This document shows, one piece after another, positions 50,437-62,301 of a DNA stretch of 64,000 nucleotides. Under the pieces are notes generated by a model. That model was not told where the DNA came from and did not search any database. It worked only from the letters and a program-made list of their open reading frames with translations. Each line of letters opens with the position of its first letter. Positions within the stretch are counted from its first letter, which is position 1. The DNA comes from Anaeromyxobacteraceae bacterium (lineage in GTDB: Bacteria; Myxococcota; Myxococcia; Myxococcales; Anaeromyxobacteraceae), in assembly GCA_047602405.1 (NCBI GenBank), contig JASGHJ010000001.1, positions 128,001 through 192,000 on the forward strand, given 5' to 3'. Made by a program: the position numbers and the translations under genes.

Positions 50437-50856
50437 TCAGCGCCGCGGCCCCTCCTCCGGGGTCGAGCGCACGTACCGGTGCTCCTGCGTGAGCCCGCCG
50501 TACCCGTAGCCGTGCGCGGGCACCTCGTGCACGTGCACGTAGCTCTCCTCCTGCAGCGCGCCGAGGAGCACGCCCATCGCCCGGAACACCTCCCGCACGT
50601 ACGCCGCGAGCTCGTCCTTCGTGTTCGTCCCGGCGGTCACCCGGACGTCCAGGAAGAAGCTCGCCTTCCCCTGCTCCGCGAGGCTCCTGCCCGCGACGAA
50701 CCAGTGCGTGGGCTCCACGAGCTGGATCGCGACCGCGGTCACCTCCGGCTTCTTCTTCAGGTACCTCGCGGTGAGCTCCGCGAGGATCGAGGCGGCCTTC
50801 CCGGGGAGGCCCTGCTCGGTGCGGCGGGGGGCGAGGCGAACGTCGAGGAACGGCAT
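50437..50856 (-). CDS. 4-oxalocrotonate tautomerase family protein
   Basis: N-terminal Pro (MPFLDV), KKPEVTAV, GTNTKDE, YGYGGLTQ; AAAGGAG RBS. Confidence 0.85.
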   Translation of the reverse strand: MPFLDVRLAPRRTEQGLPGKAASILAELTARYLKKKPEVTAVAIQLVEPTHWFVAGRSLAEQGKASFFLDVRVTAGTNTKDELAAYVREVFRAMGVLLGALQEESYVHVHEVPAHGYGYGGLTQEHRYVRSTPEEGPRR

Positions 50857-50917
50857 GGTGTGGCTCCTTTCGAGGTCCGATCTACGCATCCCGGACAGTT
50901 GCCACAATTGAAACCTT

Positions 50918-50944
50918 TTCACGATTCGGGTCATACTTCGTGAA
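50918..50944. promoter_or_regulatory. Inverted repeat, probable LysR operator in divergent promoter
   Basis: TTCACGA-N13-TCGTGAA in AT-rich spacer between tautomerase and LysR. Confidence 0.55.
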
Positions 50945-50946
50945 CC

Positions 50947-51837
50947 ATGGATCCGACCCTCGACCTCGCCCTCCTGCGCACGCTCGCCGCCGCCACCGAG
51001 GTGGGCGGGCTCATGCGCGCCGCCTCCGCGCTGGGGCTGTCCCGGCCGGCGATCAGCGTGCGGATGCGCCGCCTCGAGGACCAGGTCGGCGCGAAGCTCT
51101 TCCGGAAGGACGGCCGGCGCGCGGTGCTCACGCGCGAGGGCGAGGTGCTCCTCGGCTACGCCCGGCGCCTCCTCGCGCTCAACGACGAGGCCCTCGCGGC
51201 CTTCCGCCCCGGTGCGGCGCCGGGCGCGATCCGGGTCGGCGCGCCGCAGGACCTGGCGGCCCGGGCGCTGCCGCACGCCCTCCGCCGGTTCGATCGCGCG
51301 ACGCCCGGCGCCGTCGTCGAGGCCCGCGTCGACGGCAACGCCGCGCTCCGCGACGCGCTCGAGCACGGCCGCCTCGACCTCGCGCTCGTGTTCGGCACGC
51401 CGGCGAGCGGGTCCTCCGACGAGGTCGCGGAGCTCCCGATGACCTGGATCGGGAGCCCCGCGCTCGGCTGGAAGCCGCCGGCGCCGCTGCCGCTCGCGCT
51501 CCTCGAGTCGCCGTGCATCTTCCGCGCGGCGGCGCTCTCGGCGCTCGACGCGGCGGGGCTCCGCTGGCGCGTGGCGTTCCAGAGCGCGAGCCTCGCCGCG
51601 GTCTGGGCCGCCGCGCAGGCGGGGCTCGGCGTCACGGTCCGCACGCGGCTCGGCGTGCCCGCGGGCCTCCGCGCGGGCCTCGGCGGGAAGAAGCTGCCGG
51701 ACCTGCCCTCGGTGGGGCTCTGGTCGTGCACCGCCGCGGCGGAGCTCCCCGCCCCCGCCGCCCGGCTGCGCACGGAGCTCGAGGCCGCGGTCCGCGAAGA
51801 ACTTTCGTCTTCACGCGGAGTTCGCGTCCGCGTTTGA
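50947..51837 (+). CDS. LysR-family transcriptional regulator
   Basis: HTH LDLALLRT...AA..LGLSRPAIS..MRRLEDQVGAKLF; substrate-binding domain. Confidence 0.92.
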   Translation: MDPTLDLALLRTLAAATEVGGLMRAASALGLSRPAISVRMRRLEDQVGAKLFRKDGRRAVLTREGEVLLGYARRLLALNDEALAAFRPGAAPGAIRVGAPQDLAARALPHALRRFDRATPGAVVEARVDGNAALRDALEHGRLDLALVFGTPASGSSDEVAELPMTWIGSPALGWKPPAPLPLALLESPCIFRAAALSALDAAGLRWRVAFQSASLAAVWAAAQAGLGVTVRTRLGVPAGLRAGLGGKKLPDLPSVGLWSCTAAAELPAPAARLRTELEAAVREELSSSRGVRVRV

Positions 51838-51978
51838 CAGGCGACGCACGGTTCGTCTACAACCCGCGCCCTCATGAGCCCGAACGCACTCTGCGCCAGG
51901 CACGAGCGGCACCCGACCTTCTGACCCGCGGCCCCCTCTGGCCGATGGCCAGGGGAGCGGCAGCCGCGTGGAGGAAGG

Positions 51979-52590
51979 TTGAAGACCACACCGAAGCTCC
52001 AGTGGATGCTGGACGAGCTCGCCCGCGGCCTCGAGCTCGACCGGTCCGACAAGGCCGCTGCCATGCAGGTGTACCGCTCGGTGCTCGTCGAGGCGGAGCG
52101 CCTGGGCGTCGACTCGGCGTACCTGCGCTGGGTGGTCGCCGTCACCCACGACGAGCTGGGAGCCCTCGAGATGGCCTGGGAGGAGCTGGAGAAGTCGATC
52201 GCGGCCGACCCGCTCTCGCTCCCGGCGAGGCGGTCGTTCGAGATCATCGCCGACCGCGTGCGCGCGGCGCTCCGCGCGCCGGAGCGCGCGGTCGACGACC
52301 CGTCGACGCCGCGCCTCTACGCCCTGCTGATCCGGGCGGGGGAGGCCGACCTCGGCGCGCACGTCGCGATGGCGCGCTTCGAGCTCGCCGCCGGGCGCGC
52401 CGCCGAGGCCCGCGGGCTCGCCGACGCCGTCGTGCGGCTCTTCCCGGCCTCCCGCGAGGCCTGGAGCCTGCTCGCCGACGTCGCGCGCGCGCAGGGCGAC
52501 GCGGTGACCGCCGCGTCCGCCGGGCTCGAGGCCGCCTCCGCCGGCGCGCTCGAGCCGATGTTCGGCGTGTTCGGGCAGGCGAAGGCCTGA
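51979..52590 (+). CDS. TPR-like helical protein (paralog 2)
   Basis: Similar to 8456..9079; GGAGG RBS before TTG; TTGACA-N18-TACAAC upstream at 51834. Confidence 0.72.
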   Translation: MKTTPKLQWMLDELARGLELDRSDKAAAMQVYRSVLVEAERLGVDSAYLRWVVAVTHDELGALEMAWEELEKSIAADPLSLPARRSFEIIADRVRAALRAPERAVDDPSTPRLYALLIRAGEADLGAHVAMARFELAAGRAAEARGLADAVVRLFPASREAWSLLADVARAQGDAVTAASAGLEAASAGALEPMFGVFGQAKA

Positions 52591-52594
52591 CCCC

Positions 52595-52640
52595 CCGCTC
52601 ATCCTGAGCGTAGCCGCCGTGAGGCGGCGGAGTCGAAGGA
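52595..52640 (+). repeat. REP-like palindromic repeat copy 3
   Basis: CCGCTCATCCTGAGCGTAGCCGCC-GTGA-GGCGGCGGAGTCGAAGGA. Confidence 0.65.
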
Positions 52641-52696
52641 GCCGGTCCGGGGTGCGCCGTCACCCCGGACCGGCCGCTTCGTCGTAGGATCGGTCC

Positions 52697-53795
52697 ATGT
52701 CGACGAAGCGGAAGCCGCGCGTGGGCGTCATCGGCACGAGCTGGTGGGCGGACCTCGAGCACCTCCCGGGCCTGAGGGCCCGCGGCGACGTGGAGCTCGC
52801 GGCGCTGTGCGGGCGCGACCGGCGCCGCCTGGACGCGCTCGCCGACCGGTACGCCATCCCCGCGCGGCACACCGACTGGCGTCAGCTCGTCGACGGCGGC
52901 GGGCTCGACGTGGTCGTGCTCTCGACGCCGAACCACCTGCACCACCCGCAGGCCATGCTCGCGCTCGAGCGCGGGCTGCACGTCGTCTGCGAGAAGCCGC
53001 TCACGCTCGATTCTCGCGCAGGCGCGGGAGCTCGTGGCCCGCGCGCGCCAGGCCGATTGGCGCACGCTCACCTTCTTCTCCTACCGGACCGTCGGCGCCG
53101 CCGAGCACGTGAGGCGCCTCGTCGCCGAGGGCTGGCTCGGCCAGGTCCACCAGGTCACCGCACGCTACCTCACCGCCTCGCACCTGCAGCCCGGGAAGCC
53201 CGCCCAGTGGCGCATGAAGAAGGCCGAGGCCGGCACCGGCGTGCTCGGCGACCTCGGCTCGCACCTCGTCGATCTCGTGCGCTGGTGGCTCGGCGACTTC
53301 GCCCGGGTGGCGGCGCAGTGGCAGACGCTCACCCGCGAGCGCCGCGGCGAGGTGGTCGACGCCGACGAGTCCGTCTCCTTCCTCGCCGACCTCGCCTGCG
53401 GCGCGCAGGCGACCTTCCACGCCTCGAAGCTCGCGTCCGGGTACGGCAACTGGGTCAGCATCGAGCTGCACGGCTCCGCGGGGACGCTCGTCTTCGAGGC
53501 CGACACCGGCTTCACCATCGGCTGGGCCGGCCGGCTCCGCGGGGCGAAGGCCGACCGGGTCGGGCTCGAGGTCCTGCCGCTCCCGGCGGACCTCTCGCCC
53601 CGGCTCGAGGGTGCCGGCGACCGCGCCGGTCGCGACGAGGCCTACCGGCGGCTGACGGACCCGTTCTTCGCGTCGCTCGCGGGAGGGCCGCCCGCCACAC
53701 CGGACTTCTCCGACGGCGCCGCGGTCCAGGCGGTGCTGGACGCGGTCGCGGCGTCGGCGGAGTCGGGGCGGTGGGTGGACGTGGAGCGGGTGTAG
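52697..53795 (+). CDS. Gfo/Idh/MocA oxidoreductase (apparent +1 frameshift at 53009-53013)
   Basis: VGVIG, STPNHLH, CEKP then GVLGDLGSH in next frame. Confidence 0.85.
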
Positions 53796-53839
53796 CAGTC
53801 GCCGCCCGCCGCACCCGACCCGCTCCGGCGGCGCTCAGG

Positions 53840-56110
<2,271 letters not shown>

Positions 56111-56127
56111 TCATGTTACAGACGCTG

Positions 56128-56146
56128 TGATAGTGCGTTGCTATCA
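56128..56146. promoter_or_regulatory. OxyR-like operator upstream of katG
   Basis: TGATAG-TGCGTTG-CTATCA = ATAG-N7-CTAT. Confidence 0.6.
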
Positions 56147-56324
56147 ACGGGGAGGGGCTCGTGGCCCCCCTTCCGCCGTGTCGGCCCGGCGGGCGCTCGC
56201 CCGCCTGCTCCGCGTGACACGACGCGTCTCGCGCCGGGCTCTGCCCGGGGTCGCCGCGCGCCCGCCCCGAACTGGCCGCCTCCCGTGACGGGCCGGTGAC
56301 CGGAGGGCCGCAGGTTGGCCGCAC

Positions 56325-57476
56325 ATGACCTCGGCCGCCCCCCGCGTCCACTTCCCCCGAGACGATGGCTTCCACGAGGACCTGAAGGCGCGCGCCGAGG
56401 CCTGGCTCGCACGGACAGGCAAGCGCGCGTCCGGCGACGCCTCGATGAAGGCGAAGACCGCGACGATCCTCCTCTGGCAGCTCGGCGCGTACGCGCTGCT
56501 CCTCGCGTTCGGCCCGGGCGCGCCATTCCTCTCGGCGGCGCTCGTGCTCTCGCTCGCGCTCTCCACGGTCGGCATCGGCTTCGCGATCATGCACGACGCC
56601 AACCACGGCTCGTGGTCGAGCCGGCGCGGCGTGAACCGCCTCGTCGGCCTCTCGCTCGACGCCGTCGGCGGCAGCTCCTACGTGTGGCGCCACAAGCACA
56701 ACGTCCGCCACCACACCTACGCGAACATCGAGGGGCTCGACGCCGACCTCGAGGCGGAGCCGTTCCTGCGCCTCGCGCCCGGCCAGCGCCGCCGCGCGTG
56801 GCACCGCCTCCAGCACCTCTACGCCTGGCCGATCTACGGCTTCCTCGCGCCGAAGTGGTGGCTCGTCGACGACGCGAAGGACCTCCTCACCGGCCGCATC
56901 GGCAAGGTCGCCTTCCCCCGCCCGCAGGCCGGCGAGCTCGCCCTCGCCGTGCTCGGGAAGGTCTTCTTCCTGACGTGGTCGCTCGCGGTGCCGCTCCTCG
57001 TCTTCCGGACGCCGTGGGTGATCGCCTACTGGTTCGGCGGCGCGATGGTCGCCGGCGTCGTGCTCGCGGTCGTGTTCCAGCTCGCGCACGTCGTGCCGGC
57101 CGCCGAGTTCCACGCGTCCGGCGCGCCGGGCCGGAAGATGCCGACCGGCTGGGCCGAGCACCAGGTCCGCACCACCGTCGACTTCGCGCCCGGGAGCCCG
57201 CTCCTGACCTGGTACCTCGGCGGCCTCAACTACCAGGTCGTGCACCACCTGTTGCCGACCTACTGCCACGTGCACTACCCGGCGCTCGCCGGCATCGTGG
57301 CGGAGACCTGCAGGGACCACGGCATCCCGTACCGGTCGGAGCCCACGCTCCTGGGCGCGCTGCGTGCGCACGGGCGGCTGCTCCGGGAGCTGGGGCGGCC
57401 CCTCGTCTCCGCGGCGGCCGCGCGGCCCCTGCCCTCGGGGCTGACGGACGTGGAGGGTGCGGTCGCCGGCCGCTGA
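56325..57476 (+). CDS. Fatty acid (acyl-CoA) desaturase
   Basis: His boxes HDANH, HNVRHH, QVVHH; GGLNYQ. Confidence 0.92.
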   Translation: MTSAAPRVHFPRDDGFHEDLKARAEAWLARTGKRASGDASMKAKTATILLWQLGAYALLLAFGPGAPFLSAALVLSLALSTVGIGFAIMHDANHGSWSSRRGVNRLVGLSLDAVGGSSYVWRHKHNVRHHTYANIEGLDADLEAEPFLRLAPGQRRRAWHRLQHLYAWPIYGFLAPKWWLVDDAKDLLTGRIGKVAFPRPQAGELALAVLGKVFFLTWSLAVPLLVFRTPWVIAYWFGGAMVAGVVLAVVFQLAHVVPAAEFHASGAPGRKMPTGWAEHQVRTTVDFAPGSPLLTWYLGGLNYQVVHHLLPTYCHVHYPALAGIVAETCRDHGIPYRSEPTLLGALRAHGRLLRELGRPLVSAAAARPLPSGLTDVEGAVAGR

Positions 57477-57557
57477 CGCGCGGCGTCCTCACCGGGAGTG
57501 TCTCTCCTCGCCGGGCGCTCCGGCCGGGCCCTTTGCCCGTGGTACGCTCGTGGTCGC

Positions 57558-59382
57558 TTGCCCGAGCAGACCGGCTGGTTCGAGGAGCTGAAGGAGCGGC
57601 GCGTGTTCCGCGCCGTGGTGGGCTACGGCCTCGTGGCCTTCGCGGTGCTCCAGGTGGCCGAGCCCATCATGCACGGGCTCGGGCTGCCGGACTGGGTCCT
57701 CGGCGCCACCGTGGTCGCGCTCGGGCTCGGGTTCCCGATCACCCTCGTGCTCGCCTGGATCTTCGACGTCCGGGCCGGGCGGGTGGAGACGGCGGACCCC
57801 CGGCCGCGGACCCGCGCGCTCGTGCTCCTCGTCGCGGCGGGGCTCCTGCTCGGCGCGCCGGGCGTGGCCTGGTTCTTCTGGCGCGGGCACCGCGCGCCCG
57901 CCACGACGGCAGCCGCCGGGCCGGCGAGCGCGGAGGGCCCGCCGTCGGTCGCCGTGCTCGCCTTCGCCGACCTCAGCCCGGCGAGGGACCAGGAGTACTT
58001 CTCCGACGGCATCGCCGAGGAGATCCTCGACGCGCTCGCCCGGGTGAAGGGCCTCCGCGTCGCGGGGCGGACCTCGTCCTTCCAGTTCAAGGGCAAGAAC
58101 GAGGACCTCCGCACCATCGGCAAGGCGCTCGGCGTCGCGAACGTCCTCGAGGGCTCGGTGCGGCGCCAGGGGAACAAGGTCCGCATCACCGCCCAGCTCG
58201 TGAAGGCCGCGGACGGCTTCCACCTCTGGTCGAAGAGCTTCGACGGCGAGCTCACCGACGTCTTCGAGCTGCAGGAGCGGATCGCCCGGGCGGTGGCGGA
58301 GGAGCTCCGGGTCGTCCTGCAGGGCGGCGAGAAGGACCGCCTGGTCCCGGTCGCGACCTCGAACCCGGAGGCGTACGCGCTGTACCTGAAGGCCACCGCG
58401 ATCTTCAACCGGCGCGACGGCGCGCGGTTCGGGGAAGCCATCGCGCAGCTCCAGGAGGCGCTCAAGCTCGACCCGGCCTACGCACGCGCCGAGTCGCGGC
58501 TCGCCACGGTCTACGTGCTGATGTCGACCTACCGGCCGGACTCCGCGGAGGACTTCTTCGCCGAGACGGTGACGCACGCGAGGAAGGCGAGCGCCCTCGC
58601 GCCGGCGCTCGCCGAGCCCCACGCGGCCCTCGGGCTCGCCTACTCGAACCTCCGCCGTCACGCGGAGAGCCGCGCCGCGTTCGCGAAGGCGCTCGCGCTC
58701 GAATCCGGACGACCCGACGGCGAACTTCTGGGCGGGGGCGACGCTCACGAGGCAGGGTTACCTCGCCCGGGCCAACGCGCGCTTCGACCACGCGCTCGAG
58801 GTCGACCCCGCGTTCCCGAACGCGAACTACTGGCGGGGCGCGTGCACGTACGCCCTGGGCGACCCGGCCGCGGGCGAGCGCTACGTCGCGAAGGCGCAGG
58901 AGCTCGGGCTCGTGCACGCGGGCTTCGTCGGCGCGCAGTTCGCGGCGCAGCGGGGCCGGCTCGAGGAGGCGGCCGCCGTGATGGCGACCGCGCTCCGCCC
59001 GCAGCTCACCGACCTGCCCGCCGGGGCCGCGGAGGAGCTCGCGAGGGGGATCTTCGGCGACGCGGCGGCGCACGCCCGCGCGCTCGAGATCGTGAACGCC
59101 TACCTCGCGGGCAAGCCGCGCGTCGTGAACGGGAACGTGCCGTTCGTCCTCAACCTGCTCGGAGAGCCGCCGGAGCGGGCCCTCGAGCTCGCCGGCCGCG
59201 GGCTCACCTCGAACGACGCCACCTTCTTCGTGGGCCTGTGGCTGCCGCAGGGGCGCCGCCTCCGCACCGCCCCCGCCTTCTCCGCCTTCGCCCGGCGCCT
59301 CGGCCTCGTCGAGATCTGGGACCGCGAGGGCCCGCCCGACCTCTGCGAGCGGAAGGCGCCGGGCGAGTACGTCTGCCGGTGA
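57558..59382 (+). CDS. Membrane-anchored TolB-like/TPR protein (apparent +1 frameshift at 58701-58705)
   Basis: ELKERRVFR N-terminus, SVAVLAF.DLS...QEYFSDG, EGSVRR.GNKVRITAQL; C-terminus RLGL.EIW..GPPD.C. Confidence 0.8.
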
Positions 59383-59451
59383 ACCGGGGCGTCCCTCGTC
59401 TCCGGGCCGCTTCGCGGCCCTGCGCTCGGGACGAACGGATGCAGCGCAGGG

Positions 59452-60675
59452 TCACCGGCGTTCCTCGGCGTGCCTGCCGCGGTAGCGGCGCAGCGCCGGC
59501 GAGAGCACGGCCGTGAGCGCGGCCACCCCCACGCAGGCGAGCCCGCCCGCCGCGACCGAGACCCGCGCGCCGAACAGCTTCGCGACGGCGCCCGCCTCGA
59601 CCTCGCCGAGCTGCGGGCCGCCCATGAAGAAGATCATGTTGAGCGAGGTCATCCGACCGCGGAGCGCGTCGGGCGTCTCGAGCTGCCGGAGCGTCTGGCG
59701 GATGACGGTGCTCACCGTGTCGGCCGCCCCGGAGAGCGCGAGCGCCACGAGCGACAGCGCGAAGTTCCCGGACATCCCGAAGACCGCGATGGCCGCCCCG
59801 TAGCAGGCGACCGAGATCAGCACCGCCGGGCCCTGCGCCCGCGGCACCGAGCGCGTGGCGAGCACGACGCCGGCGAGCGCGGCCCCCGCCGGCTGCGCCG
59901 CGTACAGGAACCCGAGCCCGTGCGGCCCCACGGCGAGGAGCTCGTTCGCGAAGATGGGCATGAGCAGGAGCGCGCCCGCGAAGAAGGTCCCGAAGAAGTC
60001 GAGCAGCATGGTCGTGCGGATGATGGGCGTGCGCTTCAGGAAGAGGAGCCCCTCCTTCACCGCCTCGAGCCCCACGCCGCTCTTCGGCCGCGGCGCGTCG
60101 CGGTGGTGCATCGTGAGGAGCGCCGCGATGACCGCCCCGAACGACAGCACGTCGAGCACGTAGATCGGCAGCGGCCCCTGCCAGGCGAGGAGCGCGCCCG
60201 CGACCGCCGGGCCGATCACGTTCGCGAGCTGCCAGCCGGTGAAGCCGACCGAGAGGGCGCCGGGGAGGAGCTCGGCGGGCACGAGCGACGGGATGAGCGC
60301 CGCGCGCGCCGGGTTGTCGAAGGCGATCGCCGAGCCCGCGAGCGCGGCCATCGCGTAGAGGAGCGGCGCGGAGGTGAAGCCGAGCCAGGTCGCGAGGCCG
60401 AGCGTCGCCGAGACCGAGGCGAGCACGGTCTGGGTGACGAGCATGAGCTTCCGCCGGTCGGCGGCGTCGGCGACGACCCCGCCGCCGAGCGCGAACGCCA
60501 CGATCGGGACGACCCTGAAGAAGCCCAGGAGGCCGAGCGCGAGCGGCGAGCGGGTGACGAGGTACAGCTGCCAGACCACCGCCACCTGCTGCATCTGCGA
60601 GCCGGCGTTCGAGAGGAGCTGGCCGAGCGCGAGGTTCCGGAAGTCGCGGACGCGGAGCGCGGGCGGGAGCTGCAC
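59452..60675 (-). CDS. MFS transporter (EntS/DHA3-like)
   Basis: 12-TM pattern, GGVVADAADRRK, PDALRGR. Confidence 0.9.
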   Translation of the reverse strand: MQLPPALRVRDFRNLALGQLLSNAGSQMQQVAVVWQLYLVTRSPLALGLLGFFRVVPIVAFALGGGVVADAADRRKLMLVTQTVLASVSATLGLATWLGFTSAPLLYAMAALAGSAIAFDNPARAALIPSLVPAELLPGALSVGFTGWQLANVIGPAVAGALLAWQGPLPIYVLDVLSFGAVIAALLTMHHRDAPRPKSGVGLEAVKEGLLFLKRTPIIRTTMLLDFFGTFFAGALLLMPIFANELLAVGPHGLGFLYAAQPAGAALAGVVLATRSVPRAQGPAVLISVACYGAAIAVFGMSGNFALSLVALALSGAADTVSTVIRQTLRQLETPDALRGRMTSLNMIFFMGGPQLGEVEAGAVAKLFGARVSVAAGGLACVGVAALTAVLSPALRRYRGRHAEERR

Positions 60676-60708
60676 GGCCCTCGTTCGACCACGCGCCCGG
60701 CCTCGCCG

Positions 60709-62211
60709 TCAACCGCGCGACCCGTCGAGCGCCGCCTCGAGCCGGTCCGCGATGGTGCGGAGCACCTTCACGCGCGCCCAGCGCTTGTCGTTCGCCTCGA
60801 CGAGCGTCCACGGCGCGACGGCGGTGCTCGTGCGGTCGACCATGTCGCGCACCGCCCGCTCGTAGTCGGACCACTTCTTGCGGTTCCGCCAGTCCTCCGG
60901 CGTGATCTTGAAGCGCTTGAAGCGGGTCTTCTCCCGGGCGCGGAAGCGCTTCAGCTGCTCCTCCGGCGAGATCTGCAGCCAGAACTTCACCACCACGGCG
61001 CCCGCCCGCGAGAGCTGCTCCTCGAAGCCGACGAGCTCGGCGTACGCCCGCATCCAGTCGGCCTCGCGGGCGAAGCCCTCCACCCGCTCGACGAGCACGC
61101 GCCCGTACCAGGTCCGGTCGAAGATCGCGACCCGGCCCTGCGGCGGCACGTGGCGCCAGAACCGCCAGAGGTACGGCTGCGCGCGCTCCTCCTCGGTGGG
61201 CGCGGCGATCGGGACGACCCGGTACAGCCGGGCGTCGAGCGCGCCGGTCACCCGGCGGATCGCCCCGCCCTTCCCGGCCGCGTCCGACCCCTCGAACGCG
61301 ACGACGAGCGAGTGGCGGCGGAAGGCCTTGCGCCGGCAGAGGAGCGCGAGCCGGCCCTGCTGCCGCTCGAGCTCGCGCTCGTAGGCGGCCTCGGGGAGCC
61401 GGAGCGAGAGGTCGAGCGCGCCGACGACGTCCTTCCCGTCGGCGGGCGGCGGGGCCGGCGGCGCCGCGGAGGCGATCGTCGCGCGGACGCCCTCCTTCTC
61501 CTGCGCCAGCCGGCGGCGCATCGCCTCGAGGAGGATCCGGCCGACGGTGAGCCCGCGGTAGCGGTCGTCCTCGCCGGCGACGACGTACCAGGGCGCGTGG
61601 CCGGAGCTCGTGCGCTGCAGCACGTGCTCGGAGACCTCGCGGTAGGCGTCGTAGCGCGCGTGGTTCTTCCAGTCCTCCGGCGTCACGCGCCAGCGCGTCG
61701 CGGGGTCCTTCTCGAGCCTCTTCAGGCGCTGCTTCTGCGCCTTCTTCGACAGGTGGAACCAGAACTTCACGACGAGCGCGCCCTCGCTCGCGAGCATCTG
61801 CTCGAACGCGTCGATCTCGTCGAGGGCCTGGTCGAGCGCGCCCCTCCTGAGGCGGCCCATCACCCGCTCCTGGATCGGGTACGTGTACCAGCTGCCGAAG
61901 AGCACGCCGACCTTCCCCTTCGGCGGCAGGGCCTGCCAGTACCGCCACATGAAGGGCCGCCGGCGGTCCTGCTCCACGGGATCGGCGAAGGCGTGGACGC
62001 GGACGTGCCGCGGGTCCATCCAGGAGTTGAGGAGGTTGACCGTCTCGCCCTTGCCGGCGCCGTCGACGCCGTTCACGAGCACGATCACCGGGAACGTCGC
62101 GAGCTGCCCGAGCTCGAACTGCACGTCGAGGAGGTCGGCCCTCAGGCGCGGCTCCTCGCGGCGCCACCGCGCCTTGTCGATGGCGTGGTCGAGCTCGGCG
62201 GACTCGAACAT
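60709..62211 (-). CDS. pap: Polyphosphate:AMP phosphotransferase (two PPK2 domains)
   Basis: MFESAE start, GVDGAGKG and EGSDAAGKGG, FDRTWYGRVLVERVEG. Confidence 0.93.
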   Translation of the reverse strand: MFESAELDHAIDKARWRREEPRLRADLLDVQFELGQLATFPVIVLVNGVDGAGKGETVNLLNSWMDPRHVRVHAFADPVEQDRRRPFMWRYWQALPPKGKVGVLFGSWYTYPIQERVMGRLRRGALDQALDEIDAFEQMLASEGALVVKFWFHLSKKAQKQRLKRLEKDPATRWRVTPEDWKNHARYDAYREVSEHVLQRTSSGHAPWYVVAGEDDRYRGLTVGRILLEAMRRRLAQEKEGVRATIASAAPPAPPPADGKDVVGALDLSLRLPEAAYERELERQQGRLALLCRRKAFRRHSLVVAFEGSDAAGKGGAIRRVTGALDARLYRVVPIAAPTEEERAQPYLWRFWRHVPPQGRVAIFDRTWYGRVLVERVEGFAREADWMRAYAELVGFEEQLSRAGAVVVKFWLQISPEEQLKRFRAREKTRFKRFKITPEDWRNRKKWSDYERAVRDMVDRTSTAVAPWTLVEANDKRWARVKVLRTIADRLEAALDGSRG

Positions 62212-62301
62212 GGCTTCCCTCCCGGACCGAGCACACGCCGGCGCGGACCGGAAGTCCACCCGGAACCGCGGGGCGTGATGCCGCAGGGCGTCGCCGGACG
62301 G

